Assembly: GCA_030295235.1 (NCBI GenBank)
Contig: AP026145.1
Coordinates: forward strand, 806,001 to 870,000
DNA: 64,000 bases
From: Fistulifera solaris
Lineage: Eukaryota
Direction: 5' to 3'
The notes beneath the pieces are model-generated. The model saw only the letters and a program-made list of their open reading frames with translations, was not told where the DNA came from and did no database searches. Positions 61,226 to 64,000 of this stretch are shown in pieces. A program made the position numbers and the translations under genes. The number at the start of each line of letters is the position of its first letter. The first letter of the stretch is position 1.

Positions 61226-62942
61226 TTATGCATTGTAAGCGCCCAACTCGACGCGGCGGCGTTTGGTCGATGGAAGAACAATCTTGGCTTCCATGAGTTC
61301 CACACACGGTGCCTCCTCATTTTCCCAATTTTTCAAAGCTTCCAACTTCATGGACACTGCAGTTGCGGCCGCGTGTGTCACATCGTTGGGGTGTTCGAGA
61401 ATCTGTTCAACGGCCGCAATTATTTTCTCTTGCAACTCGCTTCTTGGAAGTAGAAAAGATGACGTCTGACTCGGATTCTCGGGAATTAAATGGTGCAAAG
61501 CAGCGAGGGCCTGCAAATGAACCGCCGTTTCCGATTCCAATTTAAGGGCCGTCACCAGACACAGTCCTCCCTTGGAAACCCAAAACGCGCGAACATGATC
61601 GGGATTTCGCAACGATGCACCCAACACCGCCATCGCTTCGCAGGCTTTGGTACGAAGTTCGTGCGGCCAGCTCCACTTGGTGTCCGTCAAGGAAGATATA
61701 CCATTCGCCAAACGCGTGACAATGTGAGCGCTCATCTGTTCGGAAAGACCATTTCGGATCATAGAAGCTACGGCAATACTCCAAGAAGAAAGAAAATCAA
61801 CGGCACCCGATCGAAGCTGACGTTCCTCATTGAGCGTCTTGGTAACGTCCGTAACAAAGTTTTCATCTGCAAACTCTTTTAGAGCAAAATGTCGCATACA
61901 GTTCATGGCCGTGATAGCGATATCCCGGGTCTTTGCATCACGACGGTAGCGCACGCAACCCGACAAAAAATGAATCAACAGCTTATTATGAAGAAGCGAG
62001 CAAGCAATGTTCTCTCTCCGAGCCATGTCGAAACCTTTCTCCAGAGCACGTACGCCGTAACGGATCGAAAAATAAAGTTGTGTTTTGTCAACTACCAAGC
62101 ACTGCTCCATCAAAGCGAGTACCTGGACCAGCGGATGCAAAAGGGCTGGATTTTGGCAAACCCTGCCGATGATTCCAAGCTAATGAGATTGTTGACGGCC
62201 CAACACGTGTCACAGCAGATCATGACGAGAGCAGCATCTTGGATCGTTTTGTGATTCAACTCGAGATTATTGATACTGAAGATAAGCAAGAGAGAAGAAT
62301 GAGAACCTCTAGCGTTCGGGGAATCACAAAACCAGCAAAAGCTCACTTACAGTCCCGTCATGACGCGCGGTTTGCTCAACAAATACTCGCGAAAGTTCTC
62401 TTCGACCGCTAAATTGGCGATGCATCCGACGGATCGCAATCGTATCGCTTTGTTGGACGCATGAAGGGCCACGATGATCTTCTCCAGAGCATCTTCGGAA
62501 GTGACAATGAGACGCGCGTATTTACTGTACGCAATCTCCACAAAGATTCCGACCGCTTTGATTTGAATCTTTTCGCACATGCCGGGCGTCAAAAGTCGAC
62601 ATAATAAATGAAATTCGTAGTCTCGGACGGCTTCGTAGAACAGCTTGGTTGCTTCCATGTCTCTTTCGTTGTTCGCTTGCACGAACAGCGTTTTGAGGGA
62701 ATCGACGGCCGCCAACAACTCGTCCGGAGTCCCAGCCTGAAGTAATTCGTCGATTTGCAGAAAGAGCTGATGAGCTTGTTCGGATGGACGGTTGGCGCTC
62801 CAATGAAGACGAGACACGGAGGCTTTCGCCGCCGGCGACGACAGTTCGGAAAGGAGAGTGCCTTCGCGATGATTCTTTTGATGACAAAGGCGTGCTTCGC
62901 TTGCAGTTTCTTCTTGCGGAGTTGATAGCTTGACGCTTTCAT
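61226..62942 (-). CDS. Armadillo-repeat protein, divergent importin-alpha-like (intron ~62277-62349, frameshifts)
   Basis: Basic N-terminus, ARM-like helices (IQIKAVGIFVEIA; IRLRSVGCIANLAVE..FREYLL; TCWAVNNL). Confidence 0.55.
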
Positions 62943-63448
62943 TCTCTCTCTTGATCGCTGAGTAAAAGAAAGACTGTAGAACGATTGATTATGATTTGTA
63001 AAAGAAAAAGAGAAGCAGCAACAATGCGATTGTTTTGATTCTTGTTCTGTGCGCGTTGTTGTGGTCGCGTTTTGGCTTCTTGTCACGAATGAAGTGGATC
63101 GCTGAAACATCCTTCCAACCACTGTTAACGCTCCAGTAACGCTGTTTTGAAATCTATGCTTAAGTAACACGTGCGATACTTATTCTATCCTGTTTCACTA
63201 TTAAGGATATTTCGGATCATACTATCGCCTATAAATGCATACTACAGCGAGCACCTATCATGTCACAGTGCACCACGGTTGTATAGGCTGATAAGTGCCT
63301 GTGTCACGGAGTGACTGATTCTATGTCACGGGCACATTCACACTAAAAATAATTGCACAATGCATTGAATGAAGTGAAATGAATGATTGAATGAAAGCTG
63401 CTTCTTTGTTGTTCGACCATTGCACTAAAACAATTTAACAAAGAAGAA

Positions 63449-64000
63449 ATGGAGGAAACACTCTACACATTTAGCTGGTCGGCTTCGAAAGGATTGTACT
63501 GTCGATTGTGTGGGAAAACGGTCGGCTCCTCGCCAGCTGCCCTGTTAAGTCATATGAGCATCGACGGGGAACATGCTCAAAAAGGACTTTGCCGTCATGA
63601 GGCCAATATTATTTCCAACTGGGTGATTCAATTGAATCGTAATGCTCCCAAGAAGAAGCGACGAGGGTATCACTGCTTCGAATGTAAAAAGGTGGCCTTT
63701 AGGAAGTGCAACTTGAAAAAACACGTGGAAAAGAAGGGATCGCGCTGTGCTTTTTTGGGATATTGGCGATGCCATGTTGTGGGAAGACACGCTGCAGCAA
63801 CTATCATTAGCGCATCTCCCTCCGCCGTGCACCCAGGGTGTCGATCCTCTTCTGTTTCCGACTCTGTATTGTGAGCCCGACGATATCGAAAAAGTTTGCA
63901 TCTGCCAGGATACCGAGACACTTTACTGCAAAAGAGTTTAAGTGAGTCTCCACAGCTTCTGGCTCGGACCTATTGGGAGAAACGAAAACAACATGGGCGA
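63449..64000 (+). CDS. Zinc-finger (C2H2-like) protein start, probably continuing past the window end
   Basis: LYCRLC..LLSHM...EH and YHCFEC...NLKKH motifs. Confidence 0.4.

Overview
Gene-dense eukaryotic nuclear DNA with short GT-AG introns (about 60-80 nt). Many proteins carry bipartite signal+ASAF(AP)-like plastid presequences, and several are silaffin/cingulin-like Lys-Gly-Ser proteins, which points to a diatom (probably pennate). About 30 genes can be supported. They include a bZIP factor, SQD2, FAD4, an aldose/G6P epimerase, BUD13, SEC11, p24, a GNAT-PhzF fusion, a Tudor-TFIIS-SPOC protein, a GPR180/TMEM145-like protein, a kinesin, an ELM2-SANT-PHD-PDZ protein, GAPDH, two YFH7-like kinases, a prolyl 4-hydroxylase, TL29/APX4 and an ARM-repeat protein. 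Many ORFs are broken by single-base indels in homopolymers, most likely assembly errors. Highlights are: (1) a plastid-targeted thioredoxin-fold selenoprotein hidden by an in-frame UGA (U-x-x-C), with a SECIS-like hairpin in the 3'UTR; (2) a tandem trio of small secreted 6-Cys peptides with a putative RxL processing site; (3) a paralog pair of RxL-processed, GKG-rich biosilica-type proteins plus a third KxxK protein; (4) a 3-kb AT-rich gene-free island resembling a diatom centromere; (5) an internally deleted tRNA-Ile pseudogene next to a CpG-poor relic; (6) a 19-bp perfect inverted repeat. All family assignments come from motif recognition by eye, with no database searches.
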